Assembly: GCA_964548815.1 (NCBI GenBank)
Contig: CAZJSD010000003.1
Span: forward strand, 11,222 to 61,508
DNA: 50,287 bases
DNA from: an uncultured Muribaculaceae bacterium
GTDB lineage: Bacteria > Bacillota_I > Bacilli_A > RF39 > UBA660
Direction: 5' to 3'
The notes under the pieces are model-generated. The model did not search any database. It was given only the letters and a program-made list of their open reading frames with translations, and was not told where the DNA came from. This document shows, piece after piece, positions 39,487 to 50,223 of the stretch (its first letter is position 1; every line of letters starts with the position of its first letter). Position numbers and translations under genes: made by a program.

Positions 39487-40056
39487 ATGGCAGAATTTGT
39501 TACTAATATAGTAGATTTTTGTTCAAATGTTATAGGTGATTTAGGACCATTATTTGGTTTTTTTATCGTGTTTATAGAATCTATATTACCTATATTACCA
39601 TTATCTGTATTTGTAGCGTTAAATGTTGTTACATTTGGTAGTGTAGTAGCGTTTATTATTTCATGGTTAGGTACAATATGTGGTTGTATATGTGCATTTT
39701 TTTTGTCTAGAAAGTTTAGTGATTATATAACTAAAAAGTTTAAAAATAATGAACAAGTAAAAAGTATTAGAAAAACTATTAATAAAATATCATTTTCAAA
39801 TTTAGTAATACTATTTGCGATACCATTTACTCCTGCATTTCCAATTAATATAGCGGCAGGTTTATCAAGTATGCCTCCTAAAAAGTTTATAGCAGCCTTA
39901 TTAATAGGAAAGATACCAATGATATATTTCTGGGTATATATTGGTAAAAACTTAAGAGAATGTTTAACTGATGTCTCTGTTTTAGCTAAAATAGTCTTTA
40001 TGGTTTTAATGGCATTTTTAGCTGGCAAAGTTGTTAATAAGTTTATAAAGGAGTAG
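39487..40056 (+). CDS. TVP38/TMEM64 (VTT/DedA) family membrane protein
   Basis: Hydrophobic protein with IES..P.LP, SWLG...G, PFTP...INI.AGLS and GK.PM motifs. Confidence 0.85.
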   Translation: MAEFVTNIVDFCSNVIGDLGPLFGFFIVFIESILPILPLSVFVALNVVTFGSVVAFIISWLGTICGCICAFFLSRKFSDYITKKFKNNEQVKSIRKTINKISFSNLVILFAIPFTPAFPINIAAGLSSMPPKKFIAALLIGKIPMIYFWVYIGKNLRECLTDVSVLAKIVFMVLMAFLAGKVVNKFIKE

Positions 40057-40059
40057 TTT

Positions 40060-41133
40060 ATGGATTATATAATTATAGGAATATTAGTAGTAATTTTAAT
40101 ATTAGTAACAATATCATTATTTAAAAATATTAATGAAGGTAAGATAACTGAAAGACTTGGTAATTTAGAAACTAGTCTTACTAAAGAATTAGGTGATTTT
40201 AAGACAGATATTACTAGAAATTTAAATGATGATTTTAATAAGCAAAGTGAAAGAATAGATTATAGGTTAAATCTAATTAATGAAAAAGTAAATGAAAGAT
40301 TAGATGAAAACTTTGAAAAGACTAATAAGACATTTAATAATGTGTTAGAAAAACTAGCAAAAATTGATGAAGCACAAAAGAAGATTGATAGTTTAAGTAC
40401 TGATATTGTTTCTCTTCAAGGAATATTAACTGATAAAAAGAGTAGAGGTATTTTTGGTGAAGTTAATCTTAATCATATATTATCTTCTGTCTTTGGAGAA
40501 AAGAATGATAATATTTATAGGCTACAATATCCATTTGAAACAGGGGTTATTGCGGATGCAGTAGTATTTGCACCTGAACCACTTGGCGTAGTTGCAATAG
40601 ATTCTAAGTTCCCACTTGAGAATTATAGGATAATGGTAGATAAAAATAGAAGTAAATTAGATAGAGAAGCTGCTTCAAAACTATTTAAAAGTGATGTAAA
40701 AAAGCATATTGATGCTATATCTGATAAATATATCATTGCGGGACAAACATCTGATCAAGCAATTATGTTTTTACCAGCAGAAGCTATATTCGCAGAGATA
40801 AATGCATATCATGAAGATATAATAGAATATGCTTATAAGAAAAGAGTATGGATCACAAGCCCTACAACACTTATGAGTACACTTACAACAATAGAAGTAA
40901 TAATAAAGAATCAAGAAAGAGATAAATACGCTAAGATAATACAAGAAGAATTAACAAAGTTATCTGTTGAATTTGGAAGATATAAAGATAGATGGGATAA
41001 ATTATCGAGATCTATTGAAACTGTAAGCAGGGATGTTCAAGATATACATACTACAACTGATAAGATAACAAAAAGATTTGATAGTATTAATAGTGTAGAT
41101 ATATTAGAAATAGAAAACGGACAATCTAATTAA
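40060..41133 (+). CDS. rmuC: DNA recombination protein RmuC
   Basis: K.RG.FGE..L, IDSKFPL, FLPAEA and SPTTL motifs. Confidence 0.92.
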   Translation: MDYIIIGILVVILILVTISLFKNINEGKITERLGNLETSLTKELGDFKTDITRNLNDDFNKQSERIDYRLNLINEKVNERLDENFEKTNKTFNNVLEKLAKIDEAQKKIDSLSTDIVSLQGILTDKKSRGIFGEVNLNHILSSVFGEKNDNIYRLQYPFETGVIADAVVFAPEPLGVVAIDSKFPLENYRIMVDKNRSKLDREAASKLFKSDVKKHIDAISDKYIIAGQTSDQAIMFLPAEAIFAEINAYHEDIIEYAYKKRVWITSPTTLMSTLTTIEVIIKNQERDKYAKIIQEELTKLSVEFGRYKDRWDKLSRSIETVSRDVQDIHTTTDKITKRFDSINSVDILEIENGQSN

Positions 41134-41142
41134 GATTGTCTT

Positions 41143-41931
41143 TTATAATAAAAAGAATACCAATAATCCTGTTACTAAACAATAAATAACAAAGTAGATA
41201 AGTTTTCCCTTTTTCATAATATCTATAAATAATTTGGCAGAATAATAAGTTACAATAGATGATATTAATATATAAATGGAATATGGCCATAATAGATTAC
41301 TAATATTTATATCTTTAATCCCAATTATAGTGCTTCCAATACTGACAGGTATATATAACATAAAAGAATAATCAAGAGCGGTCTCTCTTGTTAGATTATT
41401 AATTAAAGAACCTGTTATGGTAGATCCACTTCTACTTATACCTGGTATAAGCGCAAAAACTTGATAAAAACCTATTTTTAAAGCATCTAAATAAGTAATC
41501 TTTTCTTTATCTTTATACCCTATTTTATCCTTTATAATATATAGAAAAAAAGATGTTATTACTAATGAAATACCTATTATTTTTATATTTGAATATTTCT
41601 CTAATATATCTTTTATAAATAACCCAAATATTAATACAGGTATTGTTCCTATGATTATCTTAATCACATAGTCATAATTAGTTTTATACTTGTAATCTTT
41701 ATTTTTAATATATCTAAAGAAATCAATAGTAATTTCATATATTTTCTTTCTATACAAAAATAATATTGCGATTAAAGAACCAAAATTAACTATTATTTCA
41801 AAGTCTAAATCTTGTATAAAAGAATTGTTAAAAATAGTTTCTAGTATTTTTATATGACCACTTGATGAAATAGGTAATGGTTCAGTAATACCTTGAATAA
41901 TAGATAAAATAATATATTTATATATAGTCAT
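41143..41931 (-). CDS. uppP: Undecaprenyl-diphosphate phosphatase
   Basis: QG.TE.LPISSSGH and PGISRSG.T motifs. Confidence 0.95.
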   Translation of the reverse strand: MTIYKYIILSIIQGITEPLPISSSGHIKILETIFNNSFIQDLDFEIIVNFGSLIAILFLYRKKIYEITIDFFRYIKNKDYKYKTNYDYVIKIIIGTIPVLIFGLFIKDILEKYSNIKIIGISLVITSFFLYIIKDKIGYKDKEKITYLDALKIGFYQVFALIPGISRSGSTITGSLINNLTRETALDYSFMLYIPVSIGSTIIGIKDINISNLLWPYSIYILISSIVTYYSAKLFIDIMKKGKLIYFVIYCLVTGLLVFFLL

Positions 41932-41997
41932 TTTTACCTCCTAGTTAATTATATAAATATTTTTTAAATTAATTAATAAAATATTATAGGTGGTTAT

Positions 41998-42213
41998 ATG
42001 GTATTTAAAACATTTATTTTTCTATTTGGTTTTGGTCTTACAGTAATAAGTCTTTCATATATTGTTATATATTTAAATTTATTAACAATAGGGTATAATT
42101 TTTCTGATTATGTTAATTTTATTATTAGAAGGATAGAATGTTTAAATATATTTATAGGTATAATACTAATGTTTATTATTCTATTAGGAGGGAAAAATGA
42201 ATTATATTTATGA
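41998..42213 (+). CDS. Small two-TM hypothetical protein
   Basis: AGGTGG RBS, GFGL...YLNL...GY...RR.EC pattern, overlaps the next gene. Confidence 0.6.
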   Translation: MVFKTFIFLFGFGLTVISLSYIVIYLNLLTIGYNFSDYVNFIIRRIECLNIFIGIILMFIILLGGKNELYL

Positions 42214-42847
42214 TATTACATTAAATTTTAATAGTAATCTATACAATTTTTATGAATGGGAAAATGAAGATAATGTTGAAGTCTATTTAAAAATACCTGT
42301 TTTTAAAGTAGAAGATGAAGTGATTAATGATTTTATTATTTCTACTTTTCTTGTGGAAAAGAAGTTCCTTAATTTAATATTAAATAACACCGAATTATAT
42401 GGCAAATCTAATGTTAAGATAAACAAGTATTCATGTATTTTTACTACTAATGATAAAGCAGTTGCGGTTTTATTTAATGAAAAAGGAGAAAGTGTTAAAA
42501 AGAGTTATTTAAGTATAGATGAAGAAAATGAAGTTTTAGATTATTCTAAATATATAAAATATACAATTATAAATTATAAAATAAAGGAGAAAAAAAGAAT
42601 TAATAGTTTTGTTACTAGAAATGAAAAAAATACAAGGAATAAGTTAAAAACTCTTATTAAAGAAATGTATGAAAATAAAGAATTTGATAAGTTAAAATAT
42701 ATATTTTATGAGGTATATAATGAGAAAAATGATAGTGAATTAAAGATGTATTCTAAGCTTATAAATCTAATAGATAATAACACTGAGAAGATGAATAAAA
42801 TTAAAAATATTTTTAATAATATAAAAGCACCAGAAAGAATGGCTTAA
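42197..42847 (+). CDS. DUF3603-family protein
   Basis: M.YIYDI.LNF....Y.FYEW...D...KIP.FKV N-terminus and KS.L...EE. AGGAGG RBS. Confidence 0.65.
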   Translation: MNYIYDITLNFNSNLYNFYEWENEDNVEVYLKIPVFKVEDEVINDFIISTFLVEKKFLNLILNNTELYGKSNVKINKYSCIFTTNDKAVAVLFNEKGESVKKSYLSIDEENEVLDYSKYIKYTIINYKIKEKKRINSFVTRNEKNTRNKLKTLIKEMYENKEFDKLKYIFYEVYNEKNDSELKMYSKLINLIDNNTEKMNKIKNIFNNIKAPERMA

Positions 42848-42885
42848 AAAGTGATAAATTCATAAGAATTTATTGCTTTTTTTTA
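42847..42885 (+). terminator. Intrinsic terminator
   Basis: aaaaagtgataaattc-ataa-gaatttattgcttttt. Confidence 0.65.
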
Positions 42886-42939
42886 TAAAAAATGTTTTAA
42901 TTATATATAGAATAGAATAGTAGACTATTGGAGGCCAAT

Positions 42940-45900
42940 ATGAAGAATAATAACTTAATTAAAAATATTATTCATAAATATAAAAAGTATTTTATATTTT
43001 TCATATTATTAGTAACAAGTATATTTGTTAGTTTTTATTTTGCTTCCGCAATTAATGATGATGATGATAAATATAAAGTAAGTAATATAACAATTACTAA
43101 TATTCAAGATGGTACTCCTATGTTTAATGATTCAACAGATACAAGTGGTAATGATGCAAATGGATCTAATGGTGTCGTAAGAACTCATGATTCTATTATA
43201 TATGAAGTATCATATAATCTATCACCTAAAGAAAATCAAACACCAAATTTGTCTGATAATAGAAGAATTGTTGTCGATGTATTAATTCCAACAAAAGTAG
43301 AGGGATTTGTTAATGGTGCGCCATTACAAAATATATTTGGTAATTATAGTTATGCAGAATTTGAAACAGAAGAAACTGTATCTGAGACTACTAAAACTAT
43401 AACAATAAGCATAGATGATATTAATGCATCCACAAATACTTTGGTTAATCCAAAAATATATATTAGAGAAAAAACCGATTCAAGTACTATATCAATAAAT
43501 GATTTGCCTGAAGATAAAAAAGGTAGCTTTGAAGACGCTATTACAGTACCAGGATTTAGTGATTTTACTCCTATATGCAATAATAATAGTAGTAATACAT
43601 GTGAAACAAGAGTAACTAGTAGAGAAGACTATGTAGTTAATGTATTTAAAGGCGCACTTACTAAGAGTGAAGGTCAAGTTACAACACCAATAGGTTATAT
43701 GGTTGGATTAAAGTCTGGAGATGGTACTGGTATAAAGGGTAAATCTATTCCTTCTACAGTACAATTTACAATTAATTCTGTATCAAAAATTGGGGAATCT
43801 GTTATAGATAATAGTGCTTATCAAAGAAGTTATAGTGATTCAATTGATCAAGATATAACAGATAATTTATCTATGTGTGATGGTTGTCAAGAAAAACTAA
43901 TTCCTGTTAGTATTTCAGAAAATGCTAAAAATGGTAGTTCAAGTATACAAAGTACTGAAAATGGAAGTATTACAATTCAAGTTAGTAATATTTATAACTA
44001 CTCAGTTCCATTAGATGGAGATTCATATTATGCATTCTCTACTGGAGAATTACAATTATATTCGCAAAGAATAGATAGTTCAATAGTAGGTGATATTGAA
44101 ACTAGTATTAGTTCAACAGTTAATTCAAATGTAATTATTATTGTTGATAATCAAGAAAGATATATAGGAGCATATACTTCTACTATTAATATTGTAGATT
44201 CACATACTAATGATATAAATGGTAAAAATATTATTAATTATGGTGAAGATTTTGAAATAATACAAAATATGGAATACGCAACTACTGGAGGAGACAATTT
44301 AGATTCTCTAACTAATTATGTAAAAATTGATAATGACGCGATTAATTTAATTAATTTTGAGGATGGAACAGAGGGCAATAAATCTATAGATGCTTATTTA
44401 ACATCTGGTAGTGACCATATTATTCCTAATATAGATAATGGTGATATTACTTTCTATTATGGTGAATGGACAACAGATTATTTTGAACCAACTAATGAAG
44501 CTGGATGTCCATCAGATATATCCAGCAAAGAAACAATAATGAATTTATATGGTGGACCATGCATAAGTGCGAAAGCAAATGCATTAAGACCATATAATGA
44601 TTTATCATATGAAGAATCAAAAGGACCATTACTTGTAAAAGTAACATTTAGATCTAACGATACTATGATGATTAAGAATAGTAGAGGAAGAATAAAATTA
44701 AAAGGTGTTATATATAATTCATCTTCATTGATAAATACTACTCATCAAATAGTGTCATCTGCTATTGGAGGATTTATTGGAACAGGTGAGACTTCACCTA
44801 GTATACATTATTTATCTTCAGTTGCGAATATTGATGGTACTGATTTGATTAAAAACGCAAATAACTATATTAAAACAAATTATGATTTTGATAACAAAGC
44901 AATAATAACTCCTCATAGTAATATTTGTGGTAGTGTAGCATGTGCTATTTCAGGAAATACTATTATAGTGTCAGCTGCAAGAACAACAAATCCTACTATA
45001 AAAACAACATATAATGGCAAAGATAAGCCTTCATTCTACTATTATCCTATTGAATGGAATATTGATACTAGTGGATATGTTAGTGATAATACATCTAGTT
45101 TAAGTAAATTAACAGTAGATTTATATTTACCTTCATATTTAGTTCATACAAGTTCTGAAGCAATTGTTACTCATGCCCAAGGCGGAGAAGCAGGTGAAAG
45201 AACAGTAGATATTAATCCAATTATAACTGATCAATTTACTTTCCCTGATATTAGAAATCCACTTGATACAAACGCCGATAGCTATATTAAGTATACGTAT
45301 GAAATGAATCTTAGAGATGATTTTAATAATGTTATTCCTAAGTTAAAAATATATACAAACATTAAATTAAATACTCCAAATGTATATAAATTCTTTGGTT
45401 ATGCTGTTGTTAATTATGAGACAGTAACTAATAAGATTAATCCTGATAGTACAGTTGTAACAGTTAATTATGAAACTATTGAACCAGTAAGAGATAGATC
45501 TAGTTCAGTAGAAGTAACTGCCAATAATAATGCTGCAGTAACAACACAAGGTGCATTAAATAAAAGATATATGGAAAAGAATAGTTCGTATGAATATCAA
45601 ATGCAAGCTTATAATAACTCAGGAAATGCTATTAATAATGTAGGTATGTATTATGTATTACCATATAAAGGTGATTCAGCTTATGAGGATTTACAATCAA
45701 AATTTGAAGCAACTGATTTTAAAGTAAAATTAAAAGAAAGTTTACCAACTGGTTATAAAGCTTATTACAATACTAGTGGTACAAGTTCTAATATAATAGA
45801 TAATGAAATACATCCAGAATTAACAGCAGTTAATTCATGGATTGAATGGGCAAATCCTACAGAAGAAATATCTGAGGTAAAAGCAATAAAGATAGTAAAA

Positions 45901-46983
45901 GAAAGTGCATTCGCAAATAATGATTATTTTGCAGGAGAAAATGGAATTACTATTGAAGTAACTCCAGTAGGTTCAAATATAGGTGATATTTATTATAATC
46001 AATTCTATATGATCACAGGTACTTCAACAGATAGAGAAAGTTATCCTTCATCAAGAGATAAGGTTTCTGTTTATAATAGATCTATATCTGGTTTTGTATG
46101 GGAAGATTATGATTATGATGGATTATTTAATGATGAAGAATCAAAATTAGAGAATATACCTGTATCATTATATAGAATTAGTGATGATTTAGTAGATTTT
46201 GATCCAAATGATCCAAGTACATTTGTTGGAAAAGATGGAGAAGAGTGGATAAGTGATACTACTACTGATTCAACTGGTAGATACCAATTTATTGGACTAT
46301 CAGAAGGTAGATATTATGCTAAATTCACTTATGATGGTAAGAAATATACTGTTACTAAGAGAGATGCGACTAATCCAGATGGAACACCAGCTTCTTCAAT
46401 TAATTCAAAAGCAAGAGCGTATGTTGGTGGTAATATAGCAATTTCTAATGTAGTAACATTTGATGCATTATATAATTCATCTTATAGTAGTTTAAATCTA
46501 GGTTTATCTATCAAAAAAGAATTTGTTGTAGATGTAAAAAATTATATTAAAAATGTAACAATTACAAGTTCTACAGGAACAAATTCATATGATTATGATA
46601 AAGCAACTAAAGTATCTATTACTCTAAAGAATACTAATAATAAAACAGCTAGAGTAACATATGATTTTGTTGTAGAAAATACAAAATATTTCCCAGGATA
46701 TGTAGGTTTAATACAAGATATTATGCCACAAGGAATGACATTTAATTCTAATTTAAAAGAAAATCAAGATTGGGTTTTATCAGGAGGGGCATTATATTAT
46801 ACTGGTTTATCTGGTAAATTACTTGTTCCAAATGAAAAATATACATTTAGTTTAGTATTAGATTTTGATATAAAAACAGGTGGTAACTATATCAACTTTG
46901 TTTCATTAGAAAATCTAGTATTAATGGGTGATGAAGTACCAGAATTTGATTTTAATACATCAAATAGTGGAGAAGGGGAATAG
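42940..46983 (+). CDS. Large secreted protein with SdrD B-like and DUF11-like domains
   Basis: GGAGG RBS favours ATG 42940. Signal peptide, ISGFVWED.D.DG and TTTD..G.Y.F..L..G.Y motifs. No C-terminal anchor. Confidence 0.8.
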   Translation: MKNNNLIKNIIHKYKKYFIFFILLVTSIFVSFYFASAINDDDDKYKVSNITITNIQDGTPMFNDSTDTSGNDANGSNGVVRTHDSIIYEVSYNLSPKENQTPNLSDNRRIVVDVLIPTKVEGFVNGAPLQNIFGNYSYAEFETEETVSETTKTITISIDDINASTNTLVNPKIYIREKTDSSTISINDLPEDKKGSFEDAITVPGFSDFTPICNNNSSNTCETRVTSREDYVVNVFKGALTKSEGQVTTPIGYMVGLKSGDGTGIKGKSIPSTVQFTINSVSKIGESVIDNSAYQRSYSDSIDQDITDNLSMCDGCQEKLIPVSISENAKNGSSSIQSTENGSITIQVSNIYNYSVPLDGDSYYAFSTGELQLYSQRIDSSIVGDIETSISSTVNSNVIIIVDNQERYIGAYTSTINIVDSHTNDINGKNIINYGEDFEIIQNMEYATTGGDNLDSLTNYVKIDNDAINLINFEDGTEGNKSIDAYLTSGSDHIIPNIDNGDITFYYGEWTTDYFEPTNEAGCPSDISSKETIMNLYGGPCISAKANALRPYNDLSYEESKGPLLVKVTFRSNDTMMIKNSRGRIKLKGVIYNSSSLINTTHQIVSSAIGGFIGTGETSPSIHYLSSVANIDGTDLIKNANNYIKTNYDFDNKAIITPHSNICGSVACAISGNTIIVSAARTTNPTIKTTYNGKDKPSFYYYPIEWNIDTSGYVSDNTSSLSKLTVDLYLPSYLVHTSSEAIVTHAQGGEAGERTVDINPIITDQFTFPDIRNPLDTNADSYIKYTYEMNLRDDFNNVIPKLKIYTNIKLNTPNVYKFFGYAVVNYETVTNKINPDSTVVTVNYETIEPVRDRSSSVEVTANNNAAVTTQGALNKRYMEKNSSYEYQMQAYNNSGNAINNVGMYYVLPYKGDSAYEDLQSKFEATDFKVKLKESLPTGYKAYYNTSGTSSNIIDNEIHPELTAVNSWIEWANPTEEISEVKAIKIVKESAFANNDYFAGENGITIEVTPVGSNIGDIYYNQFYMITGTSTDRESYPSSRDKVSVYNRSISGFVWEDYDYDGLFNDEESKLENIPVSLYRISDDLVDFDPNDPSTFVGKDGEEWISDTTTDSTGRYQFIGLSEGRYYAKFTYDGKKYTVTKRDATNPDGTPASSINSKARAYVGGNIAISNVVTFDALYNSSYSSLNLGLSIKKEFVVDVKNYIKNVTITSSTGTNSYDYDKATKVSITLKNTNNKTARVTYDFVVENTKYFPGYVGLIQDIMPQGMTFNSNLKENQDWVLSGGALYYTGLSGKLLVPNEKYTFSLVLDFDIKTGGNYINFVSLENLVLMGDEVPEFDFNTSNSGEGE

Positions 46984-46991
46984 GTGATAAT

Positions 46992-49556
46992 ATGAAAAAG
47001 AAGATTATATTATGTTTATTAGTTTTATTACTATTTCCTTTCTCTGTAAAAGCTTATACTTATACAGGTAGTAAAGTAACTAGAGATACTTTATTAAAAA
47101 ATAATTATATTAAGGTTTGGCCTAAATCTAACGAAGTACAAAAGTTTTATGTAGGTTCTAGTAATGCTTCAAGTGTAACAAATGATGGAGAATTCTATTT
47201 CCATTCAGCAACTGAAGGAAGTAATTATTTTATAGGTCATAGTTCAAATATAGGTAAGACTATAAATAATACTTTAGAATTAAACAAAATAGAAACATTT
47301 AGTACTCTTGAAAACAATTCAAATAACCTATCCAATGAACAAAGAAAATTATTAGAAGATTTAATAACAAATGGTTATCAATTTGATACAACTAATACTC
47401 AAAAAGTAAGCAAAATAACATCTAGTAAGGATTCTACATTATCTATGATGGCAATGCAGATATTAGTATGGGAAGTAATGGAAGGTGGAAGAACAGACTT
47501 TACTTCTATTCCTCCAAATGCTATTAGTGAATCTACTTCAAATTATAGAAATAGTTTTTATAATCAATTAGTATATCCTAATGGCGGAGAGACTAATGAG
47601 AATGGTACTTTATACTATTATTATAAAAAAATAATTAATTCTGTAAAAGCAGTTACAGACCCAGAAAGTTCAACAGCGTTTAATACAGATGTTTATTCGT
47701 TATCATGGGATGGTACAAATAAAAAGTATACTACTACAGTAAATGGATTAGGTAAGTATACTAGTTGTACTTCATCTATTTCAAGTGTAAAAGTATCAAC
47801 AAGTGGAACTACTGCGGTTATAACATCTAATAATTTAGTAGATGAAGCAAAGATTACTTGTTCATATGCAGTTGGTGGTGGGACTAATAATGATTTTTAT
47901 TATTTTAAAACACCAGATAATTATACAAATATAATATATGGTAGTGCTAGAAAAGTATATACTAGATCATTTAATGTTACAACAAAAACTACTAGTTTAA
48001 AGATTAAAAGTGTTAATTTGAATAAAGAGAGTGTTGATGGATCAGTATTTAAATTTACTCATAGAACAACAACTAGTTATTCATTTAATGTAACAGCAAA
48101 CTCTAAGGATAGTAAAGATATTACTAAGAGCGGTGAATTCATAGTATCAGAAGTATCAGTACCAAAAGGATATGAAAAAATATCAGATTTTAATATTATA
48201 ATTGATACATCTAATAATATAGTTAGAGATTGTACTAACAAAGGTGTTGATCAAAGTGGTAATACAACATGTGCAAATGGTAGAATAGTAGTAACAAAAG
48301 AAAATGAAACTCTAGTATTAACAATAACATCTTTAGAAAAGAACTTTAAGATAATAAAGACCAATGAAAATAATGATATTATAAAAGGCACAACATTTGA
48401 AATAAGAGATAATAATGGTAATGCCAAAAAATTTACTTATAATAACGGAATGTTTGTATATAATCAACACGGAAGTAAGGATATTGTATTAAATGATTCA
48501 GGAACTTATGCAATTGCGATGTTACCGAAAGGAAGATATTCAATAGTTGAAACTAATTCATTACTTCCTTATAGACTATCAAGTAAAGATGATCAAAGAA
48601 CTACTCAAATAGAAATAACTGATAATGGAGAATTACTTGTATATGATGATATACAAAAGGAATATGTATCAGCGGTTAATTCTTCTATTATAGTAAAAAA
48701 TTATAGAACATTAGTAAAAATAATGAGTGTTAAAAATGCATCACCATTACCTGATATGTCATATAGTTTATATGCATCTGATAAAACAACATTAATAAAA
48801 GCTAGTTTAGATCAAGAAGGTGTATATAATTATGTAGAAGATCAATCATCTTCTGAAGGGACAACAGATTTTAGAACTAATTCAAGTGGATTAATATGTA
48901 TATACGATTTACCTGTTGGAACATACTATTTTAAATCTAACAGTGATTCAAGCGCTTCATTTATTAAAGTTGTAATAGATGTTACTAAAAAAGGTGCGAC
49001 GGTTAATGGTAATGTAGTAATTAATACTATTAGTTTATCTGCAGATAAAGATACATTTAGTTTTTATAAAACTGATGAAGATGGAAATTATCTCGGTGGA
49101 GGACAATTTAAACTACAAAGATATGATAATAATAAAGCTAGATATGTAGATTTAAAATTAGTTCAAGAAACAAACGATGGAACATATAATCCAAAGTCAC
49201 AAATATTTAAAGAAGATGATAATGGTAAAAGAGTATTTACTCTTGCAAATGGTATCGCAACATTTATTGACATGAAACCAGGTAGCCAATATAGAATAGT
49301 AGAAACAAAAGCACCTGATGGTTATGCACTTCAATCAGTAACTGATACCGCAGAAGTAACAATAGATGATAGTGGTAATGCTTATGGATTACTAGTATTG
49401 ACCAATAAAAAAGTATCTGATCAACCTGGACAAGCACAAGCAGAATTAATAATTAATATTGATACAGGACAAACTAGAATAAAATATGCATTAATAATTG
49501 GTTCAATTGTTATCATTATAGGAGCGTTACTATTAATACAAAGAAAGAAAAAATAA
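46992..49556 (+). CDS. SpaA-like isopeptide/pilin-related surface protein with an N-terminal thioester-domain-like region
   Basis: Signal peptide ending VKA, MQILVWE, E-box-like YRIVETKAPDGY and SEVSVPKGY, IDTG-TM-RKKK anchor. Confidence 0.8.
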   Translation: MKKKIILCLLVLLLFPFSVKAYTYTGSKVTRDTLLKNNYIKVWPKSNEVQKFYVGSSNASSVTNDGEFYFHSATEGSNYFIGHSSNIGKTINNTLELNKIETFSTLENNSNNLSNEQRKLLEDLITNGYQFDTTNTQKVSKITSSKDSTLSMMAMQILVWEVMEGGRTDFTSIPPNAISESTSNYRNSFYNQLVYPNGGETNENGTLYYYYKKIINSVKAVTDPESSTAFNTDVYSLSWDGTNKKYTTTVNGLGKYTSCTSSISSVKVSTSGTTAVITSNNLVDEAKITCSYAVGGGTNNDFYYFKTPDNYTNIIYGSARKVYTRSFNVTTKTTSLKIKSVNLNKESVDGSVFKFTHRTTTSYSFNVTANSKDSKDITKSGEFIVSEVSVPKGYEKISDFNIIIDTSNNIVRDCTNKGVDQSGNTTCANGRIVVTKENETLVLTITSLEKNFKIIKTNENNDIIKGTTFEIRDNNGNAKKFTYNNGMFVYNQHGSKDIVLNDSGTYAIAMLPKGRYSIVETNSLLPYRLSSKDDQRTTQIEITDNGELLVYDDIQKEYVSAVNSSIIVKNYRTLVKIMSVKNASPLPDMSYSLYASDKTTLIKASLDQEGVYNYVEDQSSSEGTTDFRTNSSGLICIYDLPVGTYYFKSNSDSSASFIKVVIDVTKKGATVNGNVVINTISLSADKDTFSFYKTDEDGNYLGGGQFKLQRYDNNKARYVDLKLVQETNDGTYNPKSQIFKEDDNGKRVFTLANGIATFIDMKPGSQYRIVETKAPDGYALQSVTDTAEVTIDDSGNAYGLLVLTNKKVSDQPGQAQAELIINIDTGQTRIKYALIIGSIVIIIGALLLIQRKKK

Positions 49557-49617
49557 TTTTCTTTCTTTTTTTGTATATTTTCTTATTTATAAACCATTTT
49601 ATAAATAAGGAGGAAAT

Positions 49618-50223
49618 ATGAAAAAAATTGTATTAGTATTAGTAATAACTTTATCAGTATTTGTTTTAAGTGCGTGCACTATGGGTATGGATAATGGTCC
49701 AAAAGAAAAAGTAAAAGCATTTTTAGATAAATATAAAAATCAAGATTCAGAAGTATTAGATGACTTAGATGAAACTATATCATCAGAATACACTGGTGAA
49801 TATAAAGAAAGATATAAAACATTAATGCTTAATCAATATAAGAATATGGAATACAAAATAACTGATGAAGTAATAGATGGAAATACCGCAATAGTTAGCG
49901 CTGATATTACAGTATATGATTACGCTAGCGCTATAACAAAGGCCAATAATTATTTGACTGAACATGAAGATGAATTTAAATCTAAATCATCAGATGAAAC
50001 AAAGAAAGAAGATAATCTTAATGAAGATAAAAAAGATAATTCAATAACAAATTCTATAGATAATACAAAATTCTTAGAATATAAGTTAGGACTATTAGAA
50101 AATGTATCAGATATGACTACATATACAATAGAGTTTTCACTAACAAAAGAAGATGATAACTGGAAAATAGATTCATTAACAGATACTGATATTGAAAAGC
50201 TGCATGGAATTTACTCAGAATAA
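49618..50223 (+). CDS. Lipoprotein (possibly NTF2/DUF4878-like)
   Basis: AAGGAGG RBS, lipobox LSAC, C-terminal L.K.D..WKI. Confidence 0.75.
   Translation: MKKIVLVLVITLSVFVLSACTMGMDNGPKEKVKAFLDKYKNQDSEVLDDLDETISSEYTGEYKERYKTLMLNQYKNMEYKITDEVIDGNTAIVSADITVYDYASAITKANNYLTEHEDEFKSKSSDETKKEDNLNEDKKDNSITNSIDNTKFLEYKLGLLENVSDMTTYTIEFSLTKEDDNWKIDSLTDTDIEKLHGIYSE

Noticed and set aside
106-46438. Short antisense or alternate-frame ORFs in the track (e.g. 106-363, 9464-9697, 27866-28180, 33374-33835, 35066-35533, 46253-46438)
   Set aside because: They lie inside long, well-supported CDSs and look like shadow ORFs of biased codon usage.
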